A stretch of 13,479 nt of DNA from Octopus sinensis (lineage: Eukaryota). Below, piece by piece: positions 1 to 8,869 of the stretch (position 1 is the stretch's first letter; the number at the start of each line of letters is the position of its first letter). The translations under genes were made by a program, and so were the position numbers. The stretch is taken from assembly GCF_006345805.1 (NCBI RefSeq), contig NW_021826129.1:1-13479 (forward strand). The letters are read 5' to 3'. The notes under the pieces were generated by a model. The model had not been told where the DNA came from. It was given only the letters and a program-made list of their open reading frames with translations, and did not search any database.

Positions 1-400
1 TCGTTGTTGTTGTTGTTGTTGTTGTTGGTGTTGTGTTGTTGTGGTATTGCCGTTCTTGGTGACGGCGGTGGTGGTAGTAGTATTAGTAGCATTGACGGCA
101 CGGTCTTTGGTGGCGGTGATGGTGATGTTGGTATTGTTATTGGTGGCGAAGTCTTTAGTAGGGATAGCAGTTTTAGTAGCAGATTCTGCCATGGTGTTGT
201 TGTCGGTGTTGGTGGTGGTGGTGGACTCACTGATGGTGTTGACGGTGCTTGGCCTTGCGACTTTGTTTTGTATTTGTTGCTGTTGTCGATGTGATGGTGG
301 CGGAGTTGTCAGGTTCAGCGTAAGGTAACAGAGCATCCTGTTTTTCTGCCTCTGCGTCACGGTTGACTTGCAACTCAGCCTCGTGGTGACCAGTGGCCAT
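1..400 (-). CDS. Candidate coding exon, Thr/Asn-rich low-complexity protein N-terminus, truncated by window edge, possibly frameshifted
   Basis: Minus strand from ATG at 400 (context ccaaaATGG) reads MATGHHEAELQVNRDAEAEKQDALLPYAEPDNSATITSTTATNT and stops at 227. A second frame (ATG at 336 and at 192) is open to base 1: ...NKVARPSTVNTISESTTTTNTDNNTMAESATKTAIPTKDFATNNNTNITITATKDRAVNATNTTTTTAVTKNGNTTTTQHQQQQQQQQR. Higher GC than the flanks and varied codons rather than a pure repeat. No domain recognised. Confidence 0.45.
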
Positions 401-604
401 TTTGGAAATAAAATGGCTAAATGAAACCACGAAGGCTATGAGAATTTTTCTTTTAAATTTTGCCCACAAGGGGCAAAATTTTGTGTAGATATTATCAAAG
501 GTTTACAGTGGATGTTGTTGCACAACTTTTAAACACAAAATATTTCACAATAAAATAATTCAACGTACAAAATGACCAACTTACGTGGAGCCCATTTGAC
601 TAGC

Positions 605-630
605 GTCCGTCCGTCCGTCCAGATAGATAG

Positions 631-667
<37 letters not shown>

Positions 668-694
668 TGTAGACAGACAGACAGACAGACAGAC

Positions 695-787
<93 letters not shown>
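605..787. repeat. Compound tetranucleotide microsatellite (GTCC)n-(AGAT)n-(AGAC)n-(AGAT)n
   Basis: Directly visible tandem tetramers; source of the SIYL/LSIY ORFs. Confidence 0.97.
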
Positions 788-788
<1 letters not shown>

Positions 789-814
789 GAGAGACAAAGA
801 GAGGGAGATTGAGA

Positions 815-1219
815 GTGCGCAGGGCAATGCTGAGATCTTTCCTTTGCAGGCACATGGTTTCAGTTTCGGTCCAAATGCGCTTCAATTTGGGCCATTGTAT
901 TTTACTCTAGCCCCAGGCTGACCAATGCCTCGTGAGTAAATTTGATAGAGGGAAACTGTGTGGAAGGTTTTCGTATACATACGTATGTGTGTGAGTGTTC
1001 GCGTACGTTGTATGTGTGTGTGTACGTGTGTGTGTCTTTGTATTTGTGTGTGTGTGTGTACGTGTGTGTGTCTTTGTATCTGTGTTTGTCTCATCGTCTC
1101 ATCAACTGGTGCTGGTTTGTTTACGTCTCCGTAACTTACGGATAGGACATAGGGAGTTCCTAATAAGTACCAGGTTTAAAGTAAGTAGTATAGCCACTGG
1201 TCGTCCGAAACCTTCGAGT
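815..1219 (+). mobile_element. Old, diverged copy of the composite tRNA-derived SINE (same family as 9991-10498) with internal (TG)n tract
   Basis: 851-975 (cacatggtttcagtttcggtcc...gaccaatgcctcgtgagtaaatttgatagagggaaactg) aligns with the reverse complement of 10338-10460. 1065-1185 (tgtgtttgtc...tggtgctggtttgtttacgtctccgtaactta...aataagtaccagg) aligns with the reverse complement of 10085-10200. Confidence 0.75.
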
Positions 1220-1273
1220 TAATTTGGAAAGCAGAAAAAAACAACACACGTATAGATAGATATACATGCATAC

Positions 1274-1316
<43 letters not shown>

Positions 1317-1317
<1 letters not shown>

Positions 1318-1422
1318 GTTACTCCAAACATGAACAAAGAGAAAACACAACAACGCGAGGACCTGGAATAAGTAGAGTGTTATTGGACGCTCAGAAGAGG
1401 AAAGAAAGAAGGAGGATTTAAC
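1317..1422 (-). mobile_element. Fragment of (TA)n-associated interspersed repeat, homologous to 7700-7872 (possibly Penelope-like derived)
   Basis: 1342-1362 (aaaacacaacaacgcgaggac) is the exact reverse complement of 7810-7830, with similarity extending on both sides. Both copies abut a (TA)n tract at the same end. Confidence 0.7.
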
Positions 1423-1504
1423 CGGGCTTTTTTCAGTTTCCGTCTACCAAATCCACTCACAAGGCTTTGAGGCTTTGGTTGGCCCGAGGCTATGGTAGAG
1501 GACA
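1423..1504 (-). mobile_element. Internal fragment of composite SINE
   Basis: tttcagtttccgtctaccaaatccactca...ttggttggcccgaggctatggtagaggaca matches 10350-10413 in the same orientation. Contains a local duplication aggctttg-aggctttg at 1462-1477. Confidence 0.85.
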
Positions 1505-1739
1505 TAGCCGCAGTCCAAAGTCTGAAGCAATAAAAAGATGAAATTAAAAAAAAAGAACATATCACTCTGCTCCTAATATTGCTTATATTTGTAGCAAAGT
1601 TGGACATTAAATATCGGTATGGTATAGTCCTGCGTGCAAGGAGAATTGAAATCAGAACCGCGGGATACCCAAACGCTGCCCAATTTTGGAGATGTATGCC
1701 AAGCCCCGAAACTGTATCATTATATTTCTAACCAAATGA

Positions 1740-1945
1740 GGCGGCGAGCTGGAAGAATTGTTAGCGACGCCTGCCATAATGCTTGGCGGCATTTTGTCTG
1801 CGTTCACGTTCTAAGTTCAAACTCCAATGAGGTCTACTTTTCCTTTCATCCTTTCGTGTTCGATAAAAAAGGTACCAGTACTAAGATCCCCTTTCGTCAA
1901 AATTGCTGGCTTTGTGCCAAAGTTTGAAATCCATATGTTTACAGA
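1740..1945 (+). mobile_element. tRNA-derived SINE, copy 1 of a head-to-tail pair
   Basis: GGCGGCGAGCTGG head with A-box-like start, B-box-like aagttcaaactcc (1813-1825), central gaggtctacttttcctttcatcctttcgtgttcgataaaa block; collinear with 1953-2187. Confidence 0.8.
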
Positions 1946-1952
1946 CAAATAA

Positions 1953-2187
1953 ATCGGTGAGCTAGCAAAATCTTTAGCGCGTTGGGCAAAATGCTTAGCA
2001 GCCCTCTGTCCGTCTTCGCATTTTGAGTTCAAATGCTACCGAGGTCTACTTTGCCTTTCATCATTCGAGGTCGATAAAATAAGTAGCAGCCAAGCACTGC
2101 AATGGACGTAATCGATTTCTCATCCCACCTCACCCCACTCCGAAAATGCTGGCCCAGTGCCAAAATTTAAAACCAATATATTTACAG
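1953..2187 (+). mobile_element. tRNA-derived SINE, copy 2 of a head-to-tail pair
   Basis: cggtgagctagcaaaatc head, B-box-like gagttcaaatgc (2025-2036), gaggtctactttgcctttcatcattcgaggtcgataaaataagta block, 3' gctggcccagtgccaaaattt matching copy 1. Confidence 0.8.
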
Positions 2188-2544
2188 CCAAGAAGACCTG
2201 AGACAGTGACCTGAGACAAAGATCTGCACCTCGAACACAGACGCAATGGCGAGGATGGGAGAAGAACCATCAATAGTTTAAGCAGTAATGGAGCATTTGT
2301 ATCATGTCTGGAAATCTGCAGTTCTCAATTTCCATGTAGGAACATTCAAAATTCCAGGTAACTGTCAAACGGGCATAAATCTCCAACACTGAATGACGTT
2401 AATTTTCTTACCAACTGATTCCACAAAGCAAAGCAAGTTAGCAATAGCAACTTTATCGAAAGACACACGCATACAAACATAAGCACACAATCTCACGCAC
2501 ACACACACACACATACATACAAACAAGCACACACAGATTTAGGA

Positions 2545-2947
2545 ATGTATATATGTATATATATTATGCTATATATATATATATATATTATATATATTAT
2601 GTAATATAGTATATTATATAATATTATGTATATAATATATATATGTATGTATGTATATATTATATATAGTTATATATACATACATTGTTATGTGTGAATG
2701 AATGCATATATATATATATGCATATTGTTATATACATGCATATGTATACAGTGCAGGCATATGTATATATGTGCATATATTACGCACACACATACACACA
2801 CACATAAACATGTATATATGTATGCATGTATATGTAAGTATATATATATATATATACATACATGCATATATATATATATATACATACAAACATACATACA
2901 TACATATAATCATGGGAATTAATATATATATGTATATATATATAATC

Positions 2948-2992
<45 letters not shown>

Positions 2993-3003
2993 CTATACAT
3001 ATA

Positions 3004-3048
<45 letters not shown>

Positions 3049-3072
3049 TATATAATATATAATATATATATA
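2545..3072. repeat. Compound (TA)n/(CA)n/(TG)n/(TACA)n microsatellite field
   Basis: Directly visible alternating purine-pyrimidine repeats. Confidence 0.95.
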
Positions 3073-3259
3073 TTGTCAACCTAGACACGCAAGCGCCAAC
3101 GACTGTTGCTAATACTATGCCATATCATTGCAGAGTAACCCTATCATTTAAACATGGGTATTGGTGTATGTGCCTGTGTCTTGTGTATGTATGTATAAAG
3201 AGATAGATGGATAGTTAGATGTTATACATATGTTAGTATGTTTGCTCACAATCTGTCTG

Positions 3260-3298
3260 TTTATATATTTATTATATATATATAATATATATATATAG

Positions 3299-3340
<42 letters not shown>

Positions 3341-3345
3341 ACATA

Positions 3346-3376
<31 letters not shown>

Positions 3377-3545
3377 ATATATATATGCATATATATATAT
3401 ATGTATGTATGTATTTACATACATACATGCATACATATATATATATATGTGTGTGTGTGTGTGTATGTATATATGCATATATGTATATTTATATATATAT
3501 ATATATAATATATATATAAAGATATATATATATATATATATATAG

Positions 3546-3607
<62 letters not shown>

Positions 3608-3861
3608 CAGATAATATATATATGTATGCATATATATATATATGTATGTATGTATTTACATACATACATGCATACATATATATATATATGTGTGTGTGTG
3701 GTGTATGTATATATGCATATTGTATATGTATAATATATATATATATGTATACATGCATACCATATATATATTGCGTGTATGAATGTATGTATATATATAT
3801 TTATGTATGTATGTGTGTGTACATAAATACATACATATGTATGTGTATATATATACACGCA

Positions 3862-3945
<84 letters not shown>

Positions 3946-3983
3946 CCACATATATATATACACACACATATATGTATATATAC

Positions 3984-4030
<47 letters not shown>

Positions 4031-4070
4031 TATTTATACAACTATATGTATATACACATATACATACACG
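3260..4070. repeat. Compound (TA)n/(TATG)n/(TG)n microsatellite field containing a ~241-bp-period duplication
   Basis: Directly visible; block at about 3385-3490 recurs at about 3625-3730. Confidence 0.95.
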
Positions 4071-4167
4071 TCTACACCGTCCTGTTGATGGATTTGTGCG
4101 TGCATGAGTACAGCACAGAAATCTGACTGATTAAAAAGCTTCTACTTCCGCGGCTGCTTCGGCTACT

Positions 4168-4361
4168 GATGATGATGTGATGATGATGATGATGATGATG
4201 AGGATGATGATGATGACGACGACGACGATGACGATGATGAGGGTGATGATGAATACGATGATGACGATGATGATGATGATGACGATGGGAGTGATGATGA
4301 TGACGATGATGATGATGATGATGACGATGACGATGACGATGATGATGATGATGACGATGAC

Positions 4362-4414
<53 letters not shown>

Positions 4415-4427
4415 GGGTGATGATGAT
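4168..4427. repeat. (GAT)n trinucleotide microsatellite with GAC/GAG interruptions
   Basis: About 260 bp of GAT/GAC triplets; source of the poly-M, poly-H and poly-I ORFs. Confidence 0.97.
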
Positions 4428-4849
4428 TGCGGTGTGATTGCAGAGGTGATACTGCCAGTTCATTCTGCAAGCACTTCGTTTCAGTTATTCATCGTCGCCG
4501 TTCCCCCTTTTTGGAAAGCTGTAAATTAATCACGTGTCATAATGGTGTGTACGAAGGACTTTTCGGAGACGAGACCAATTCCACACACGTAGACATATAC
4601 GCGCGCGCACGGGCATACACAGATGTACATACACACTCAATCATTCACACAAACACACACTCACAGTCACACACATATATGCTGACATGCGCATACACGA
4701 ATACATAACCACGTGCACTCACATCGTTGTATTGAAATGAAAATACAACGATACGTTATACACATGTCAGGTCAAACACAGATATGCTCATTGACACATT
4801 ACACACACACATACACACAGAGACAGAGGGAAACAGAGAGGGAAATGCA

Positions 4850-4990
4850 TAGACGGACGGACGAACTGACAAACAGACAGACTGACTAGCTGACAGGCAG
4901 GCAGATAGATAGAGAGAGAGAGAGTGAGAGATGGCTGGATAGATAGATAGATAGAGAGAGAGATAAATAGATAAATAGATAGATAGATAA

Positions 4991-5076
<86 letters not shown>

Positions 5077-5179
5077 GGATGGATAACGAGATTGATAGAT
5101 AGATCGACAGACAAATAGGTAGGTAGGTAGGTAGGTAGGTAGGTAGGTAGTAGGTAGGTAGACAGACAGACAGACAGAC

Positions 5180-5269
<90 letters not shown>

Positions 5270-5310
5270 ACAGACACAGACAGGCACTGTCATACAGACA
5301 GACAGATAGA
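4850..5310. repeat. Compound (AGAC)n/(AG)n/(AGAT)n/(AGGT)n microsatellite
   Basis: Directly visible tandem tetramers and dimers. Confidence 0.96.
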
Positions 5311-5796
5311 ATGAAAGAAAACCATAGAGCAAAGCAAATAGAATACTAGAGAACTACTATTGATCTATGTTGGCCGAAAGTCCCAGAAAGCATTCAAACA
5401 ACGGAAGGAAATTTGTGCCCAAAATCAGATGAGAAATCTAACGTTTCGGTCTAAAGCGCTTCGTCAAGTAAAAGGAAATGCTTATTCATATTGAAGGATA
5501 AACACAGGAATCGTGTTGATGGTGAAATTAAGGGATACTTTGTCATTAATTATGCACATACATATCGCAAGATGTACAAAATACCAGGTGGCCCCGTGCA
5601 GTAAGCGGGTGGTATGCAGAAGATCTGAACAGGTCACTCGGAAAGCCTCCACGACGATGGGGAAACGACTTAAACGATTTATACAAAGATTGAAAGAAAA
5701 GAGATCGCCATTAAGAAACATTTGGAAACATCTGACCCGTGATGTATAACAACATCTGCTGGCAGGATCAATAGAATGATACGAAAAGTTATGGAA

Positions 5797-6130
5797 TGGA
5801 AGCACTCCGTCGGTTACGACGATGAGGGTTCCGGTTGATCCGAATCAACGGAACAGCCTGCTCGTGAAATTAACGTGTAAGTGGCTGAGCACGCCACAGA
5901 CACGTGTACCCTTAACGTAGTTCTCGGGGATATTCAGCGTGACACAGAGAGTGACAAGGCCGGCCCTTTGAAATACAGGTACAACAGAAACAGGAAGAAA
6001 GAGTGAGAGAAAGTTGTGGTGAAAGAGTACAGCAGGGATCACCACCATCCCCTGCCGGAACCTCGTGGAGCTTTTAGGTGTTTTTGCTCAATAAACACTC
6101 ACAACGCCCGGTCTGGGAATCGAAACCGCG
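5797..6130 (-). mobile_element. 5'-truncated tRNA-derived SINE
   Basis: Minus strand begins cgcGGTTTCGATTCCCagaccggg (B-box-like, plus coordinates 6115-6127) with no A-box upstream. GC-richer body and a short (TTCCA)x2 tail near 5792-5801. I recognise the body as a common octopus interspersed repeat (from memory, unverified). Confidence 0.7.
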
Positions 6131-6615
6131 TTAATAGGCTGACTACGAAAGAGTGATGCTAGAGCAGCGAAATCTTGCATGCTTTAATTTCACCACTTCT
6201 TATTAATAACTGCATTGTTTCTTTCCAGGTAAACTGGCATTTATACATATATAAGCAATTAATTAAGGCATGGGTATTCACCTGATAGTATGCGGATTAA
6301 AGCATTTTCAATGTCTACTTGCCTTAGAAAGTCAGTGGCCAGCAGGCAAAAGACGACGGGTTTCATAATCAAACCAAGCAAAACAGAGTTTATTGAGTGA
6401 GGCACTTTTTGAAAAGACATCTGACGAGACACATCAGATGTACCATAACCAGTTGCATAGCATCTCACCCGTGAGAGATCGATGCAAGATGGGTCGAATC
6501 AATCATTGTGATAAATAATCTCGCATATTCCATTTTCTGTTCTCTCATTTGCCTATGTGTGGTGTGTGTGTGTGTATATATATTATATAATTTTATATAT
6601 ATATATATATAATTT

Positions 6616-6682
<67 letters not shown>

Positions 6683-6769
6683 ATAATATTATAGAGAACA
6701 AAACCACTATTTTGCAAATCAAACAGGAAAGACTTAATCAATACATAAAAAATTTTAATAAAAGTAAAT

Positions 6770-6823
6770 AAATCGCCACTACAATTGTTTCCTGTCTTCA
6801 AATGACATTCATCAGGTGGATTT
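6770..6823 (-). ncRNA. Minimal type I hammerhead ribozyme motif (mirror copy)
   Basis: Reverse complement reads aaatCCAC CTGATGA a TGTC atttgaa GACA g GAAAC aatt GTA GTGG cgattt, identical to the plus copy except one extra T in loop II. Confidence 0.8.
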
Positions 6824-6954
6824 CATATCTTCTATTCAATTTTAAAGTTATGAAGTCATAGTTATAAAGTCATTAGTAAAGTCATATAAGTCATATAGGA
6901 AGTCATAGTTTTAAAGTTATGACTTCATAACTTTAAAATTGAATAGAAGATATG

Positions 6955-7007
6955 AAATCCACCTGATGAATGTCATTGAAGACAGGAAACAATTGTAGTG
7001 GCGATTT
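6955..7007 (+). ncRNA. Minimal type I hammerhead ribozyme motif
   Basis: aaat-CCAC CTGATGA a TGTC attgaa GACA g GAAAC aatt GTA^ GTGG cg attt. Core CUGAUGA (6963-6969) and GAAAC (6986-6990), stem I CCAC/GTGG extended by aaat/attt, stem II TGTC/GACA, palindromic stem III ACAATTGT, predicted GUA cleavage after 6997. A-G apposition at the base of stem II is non-canonical. Confidence 0.8.
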
Positions 7008-7205
7008 ATTTACTTTATATAAAATTTTTTATGTTGATTAAGTCTTTCCTTGTTTGATTGCAAAATAGTGATTTTGTCTCTAATAATATTATATAATATT
7101 TTACTATAAAATTGGATTCAATCCTAATCTGATTTTTCCCTGTAAATTTGGTTTATTCCCTAATATTTATTATTATTTATATATATATAATATATATATA
7201 TTATA

Positions 7206-7249
<44 letters not shown>

Positions 7250-7267
7250 ATATATATATATATTATA

Positions 7268-7578
7268 CAGGGTAGGTGGAAAGTAGCTAGACATTAGAAA
7301 TTACTTATAGAATTTTTAGTATCACTGAAGTCATAACGAAAACATATTTTATACAGTCAACACTAATGGGGATTTCTTATTTTTTCACTGTCTTATTTCT
7401 TATTTTCCAGATGTTCGGTCACTTGACTGTTTAGGAATGAGCTAAGATAGCAGCACGCTATGAAATATGGAATTCCATTGTTTTGGTTCAGAGATAATGG
7501 CGTGCATGGAAAGGCACGCATGCAACACTACGTCTAGAGACAATAAAAAGTTTTCAAACAAAGGAGATGACCATAGGC
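7268..7578 (+). mobile_element. Left end of a decayed Tc1/mariner-superfamily DNA transposon
   Basis: Starts TA|CAGGGTAGGTGGAAAG, the TA plus CAG(G/T)G start typical of Tc1/mariner TIRs, directly after (TA)n, and leads into a transposase N-terminal remnant. No right TIR found in the window. Confidence 0.65.
7411..7578 (+). pseudogene. Transposase N-terminal helix-turn-helix remnant (DUF4817-like, Tc1/mariner type)
   Basis: Frame from ATG 7411: MFGHLTV*E*AKIAARYEIWNSIVLVQR*WRAWKGTHATLRLETIKSFQTKEMTIG. The pattern T..E+A.I...Y....S...VQR.WR...G........TIK....K..T.G matches the DUF4817-type HTH as I recall it. Three in-frame stops (TAG, TGA, TAA) are explainable by transitions from CAG, CGA and TGG. 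Confidence 0.7.
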
Positions 7579-7699
7579 ATATATATATATATGCATGTAT
7601 AGTCAGTTGACTATATATATAGTTGACTAGTATGTGATATATGAATGTATATGTCCACTCACTCGTATATATATATGACCTCGTGTATGTATGACCTCA

Positions 7700-7872
7700 A
7701 AATGTGACCTCGTGTGTACCGTTGGCGATTTTTTTTTCCTCTGTCTTCCCTTCTCTGGATCTTTCCTTTTCCTATGTTTCCGACGAAAATAATACTTTAT
7801 TTGTTCCACGTCCTCGCGTTGTTGTGTTTTTTTTTTTTGTTTTTTTTTGTGTTTCTTGTTTGTATTAACTTT
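7700..7872 (+). mobile_element. (TA)n-abutting interspersed repeat, homologous to 1317-1422
   Basis: 21-nt exact inverted match to 1342-1362. Pyrimidine-rich body with tttcCGACGAA at 7777-7788 resembling the first half of a hammerhead core. Confidence 0.65.
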
Positions 7873-8029
7873 ACATATATATATATTATATATATATATA
7901 TATAATATATATATATATATATTGCATGTATGTATGTATGTAGTATGTATGTATGTATGTATGTATGTATGCATGTATGTATGTATGTATGTATGTATGT
8001 ATGTATGTATGTATGTATGTATGTATATA
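7873..8029. repeat. (TA)n followed by (TATG)n microsatellite
   Basis: Directly visible. Confidence 0.96.
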
Positions 8030-8211
8030 GTAGTTTGTGGTTTCTGGATCTTTTTTGTTATCATAAAACAATATTAATTCTAGCGCCCATCCTACTACTC
8101 TGCACATCCGCGTAAGATTCAGAGTAAAAAAAACAAAAAACTTATTCGTATATTATGTTTCCAGTAACTACGACTCAGCATAGAAAATTAGATTTGATCA
8201 ATCACAAAGAC

Positions 8212-8473
8212 TGTGTGTATATATGTGTGTGTATATATGTTTGTATGTGAGTGTGTGTGTGTGTGTTTCTGTTTGTGTGTTTGTAGCATACACACACACG
8301 TGCTTATATACATGCACACAGAAGTACACACAAACACACACACACACACACACTTACAGTTACGGACAATGGCAATCAATGAGAAACTGGAATATACATA
8401 TATATATATACACACAGGCATACATATATATATATATTTTGTTGTGTTGTGTTTGTGTGCATATATACATAAG

Positions 8474-8517
<44 letters not shown>

Positions 8518-8535
8518 CAAACATACATATATACG

Positions 8536-8584
<49 letters not shown>

Positions 8585-8831
8585 AGACAGAGTAAATGGA
8601 TGATGGTCAATGAAAAGAACTAGTGTAGAATGCCATGCACCACCAGCAATGTTTATATGGCAGCGACAAACAGACAGACATACACTCACACGCACTTACA
8701 CACACACATACACACAGGATTACATACACAGACACAAACGGACGGACACACACAAGCACACAACATTTAATTAATTGGATACCCAACTATGAATCTGGAG
8801 AGACTGACGATTGCTCCAAACACGCACATAC

Positions 8832-8869
<38 letters not shown>

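Larger units (their letters stand above)
6673..7176. mobile_element. Foldback (inverted-repeat) element inside (TA)n, probably Penelope-like element-derived
   Basis: Left arm about 6673-6860 is the reverse complement of right arm 6918-7099, differing mostly by 1-2 nt indels. 57-bp spacer. The right arm continues about 75 bp with no left counterpart. (TA)n tracts at about 6575-6680 and 7177-7267. A hammerhead motif lies in each arm. Confidence 0.8.

Noticed and set aside
4-328. Plus-strand hydrophobic or Gly-rich ORFs
   Set aside because: No ATG start; best explained as antisense shadows of the Thr/Asn-rich minus frame.
529-885. ORFs rich in SIYL/LSIY (also 4756-5332)
   Set aside because: Translations of (AGAT)n/(ATCT)n microsatellites.
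2188-2364. Possible plus-strand exon between tttacag and ccag|gtaact
   Set aside because: The long open frame has an in-frame TGA shortly after the putative acceptor, the acceptor lies at a SINE end, and the peptide is unrecognisable.
2688-4126. Numerous [12 protein letters not shown] ORFs (also 7847-12129)
   Set aside because: Stop-free dinucleotide repeats; overlapping frames on both strands with no domain content.
4072-4470. Poly-His ORF suggesting a His-rich structural protein
   Set aside because: Reverse complement of (GAT)n; lacks a signal peptide and Gly/Ala-rich motifs.
5513-5749. Basic 78-aa ORF as a retroelement protein fragment
   Set aside because: No RT or GIY-YIG motifs recognisable; short and without an ATG at the listed start.
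6853-6907. CRISPR-like short repeat array
   Set aside because: Repeats are only 7-8 nt with 1-6 nt gaps, in a eukaryotic context with no cas genes.
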